DNA of 64,000 nt from Phoronis australis (lineage: Eukaryota; Animalia; Phoronida), in the NCBI GenBank assembly GCA_002633005.1, contig NMRA01000252.1, forward strand, positions 403,646 to 467,645, written 5' to 3'. Under the pieces are notes generated by a model. That model was not told where the DNA came from, made no database searches, and saw nothing but the letters and a program-made list of their open reading frames with translations. Each line of letters starts with the position of its first letter. Position 1 is the stretch's first letter. The position numbers and the translations under genes were made by a program. Positions 63,529-64,000 of the stretch are shown here, piece after piece.

Positions 63529-64000
63529 ATGTACAGGTCCCCTTACTGTGCTTACTGAACTCTACCCACAACTGTCAATGAGATAGCACTGCCTGTGCAC
63601 GTGCTTCATTTGTCTTGTGATTATTGTTTTGTAACGCGGGAAAACTTCAGACTGCCCCACTGAGATTAACGTAGTCTTCCATAAATAGCAGCATGACTAA
63701 TCAGCTATATATAGCCTCAAGAACTATATAGCACGTGAAACAAAACGCTTTGTTGATTGGTCACTTGAAGAGCTGCGGGAGGTGTGAACCTTTCAGACAA
63801 TCAATCCCGCCACAGCCTCGCTCGACACCACAGCGAGTGCACCTATTTTTCAAACGTGTGTGACTGCTGGGTGGATTTTTTTCATCCTCAGGTTTGTAGA
63901 AACTATTGTGTAAAACGTTTTATAGCAAAATTCCTAACTTTATTCGAAGCTAAGTAGCGACGACAAAAACTGTTTAAGGCTGCCATTTTGGTTAGAATAT

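Overview
AT-rich eukaryotic genomic DNA with spliceosomal GT-AG introns, probably an invertebrate (mollusc-like, inferred from repeat style only), from a draft assembly with N gaps. I assembled three multi-exon genes by hand from splice sites and phases. (1) A WDR38-like WD40 gene on the minus strand (17535-25863), with one exon apparently lost in the gap. (2) A divergently transcribed NKRF gene on the plus strand (32182-35132; XTBD + dsRBD-like + G-patch + R3H; 600 aa). (3) A secreted three-MAM-domain protein with a Thr-rich stalk and a GPI/TM-like tail on the minus strand (37804-48929; 650 aa). The 5' end of a fourth, unidentified minus-strand gene runs off the left edge. The rest is micro/minisatellites and transposon debris: Penelope-like fragments (one with a minimal hammerhead ribozyme), a TTAA-flanked Kolobok-like element containing a hAT relic, a second hAT relic, LINE fragments and many GC-rich MITEs. 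The duplication at 53.3-57.5 kb looks like two interleaved haplotypes. I found no prokaryote-type system (CRISPR, operon). The most unusual signals are the U3-A8 hammerhead, a five-fold duplicated splice donor in WDR38, and a 43-bp dumbbell concatemer.
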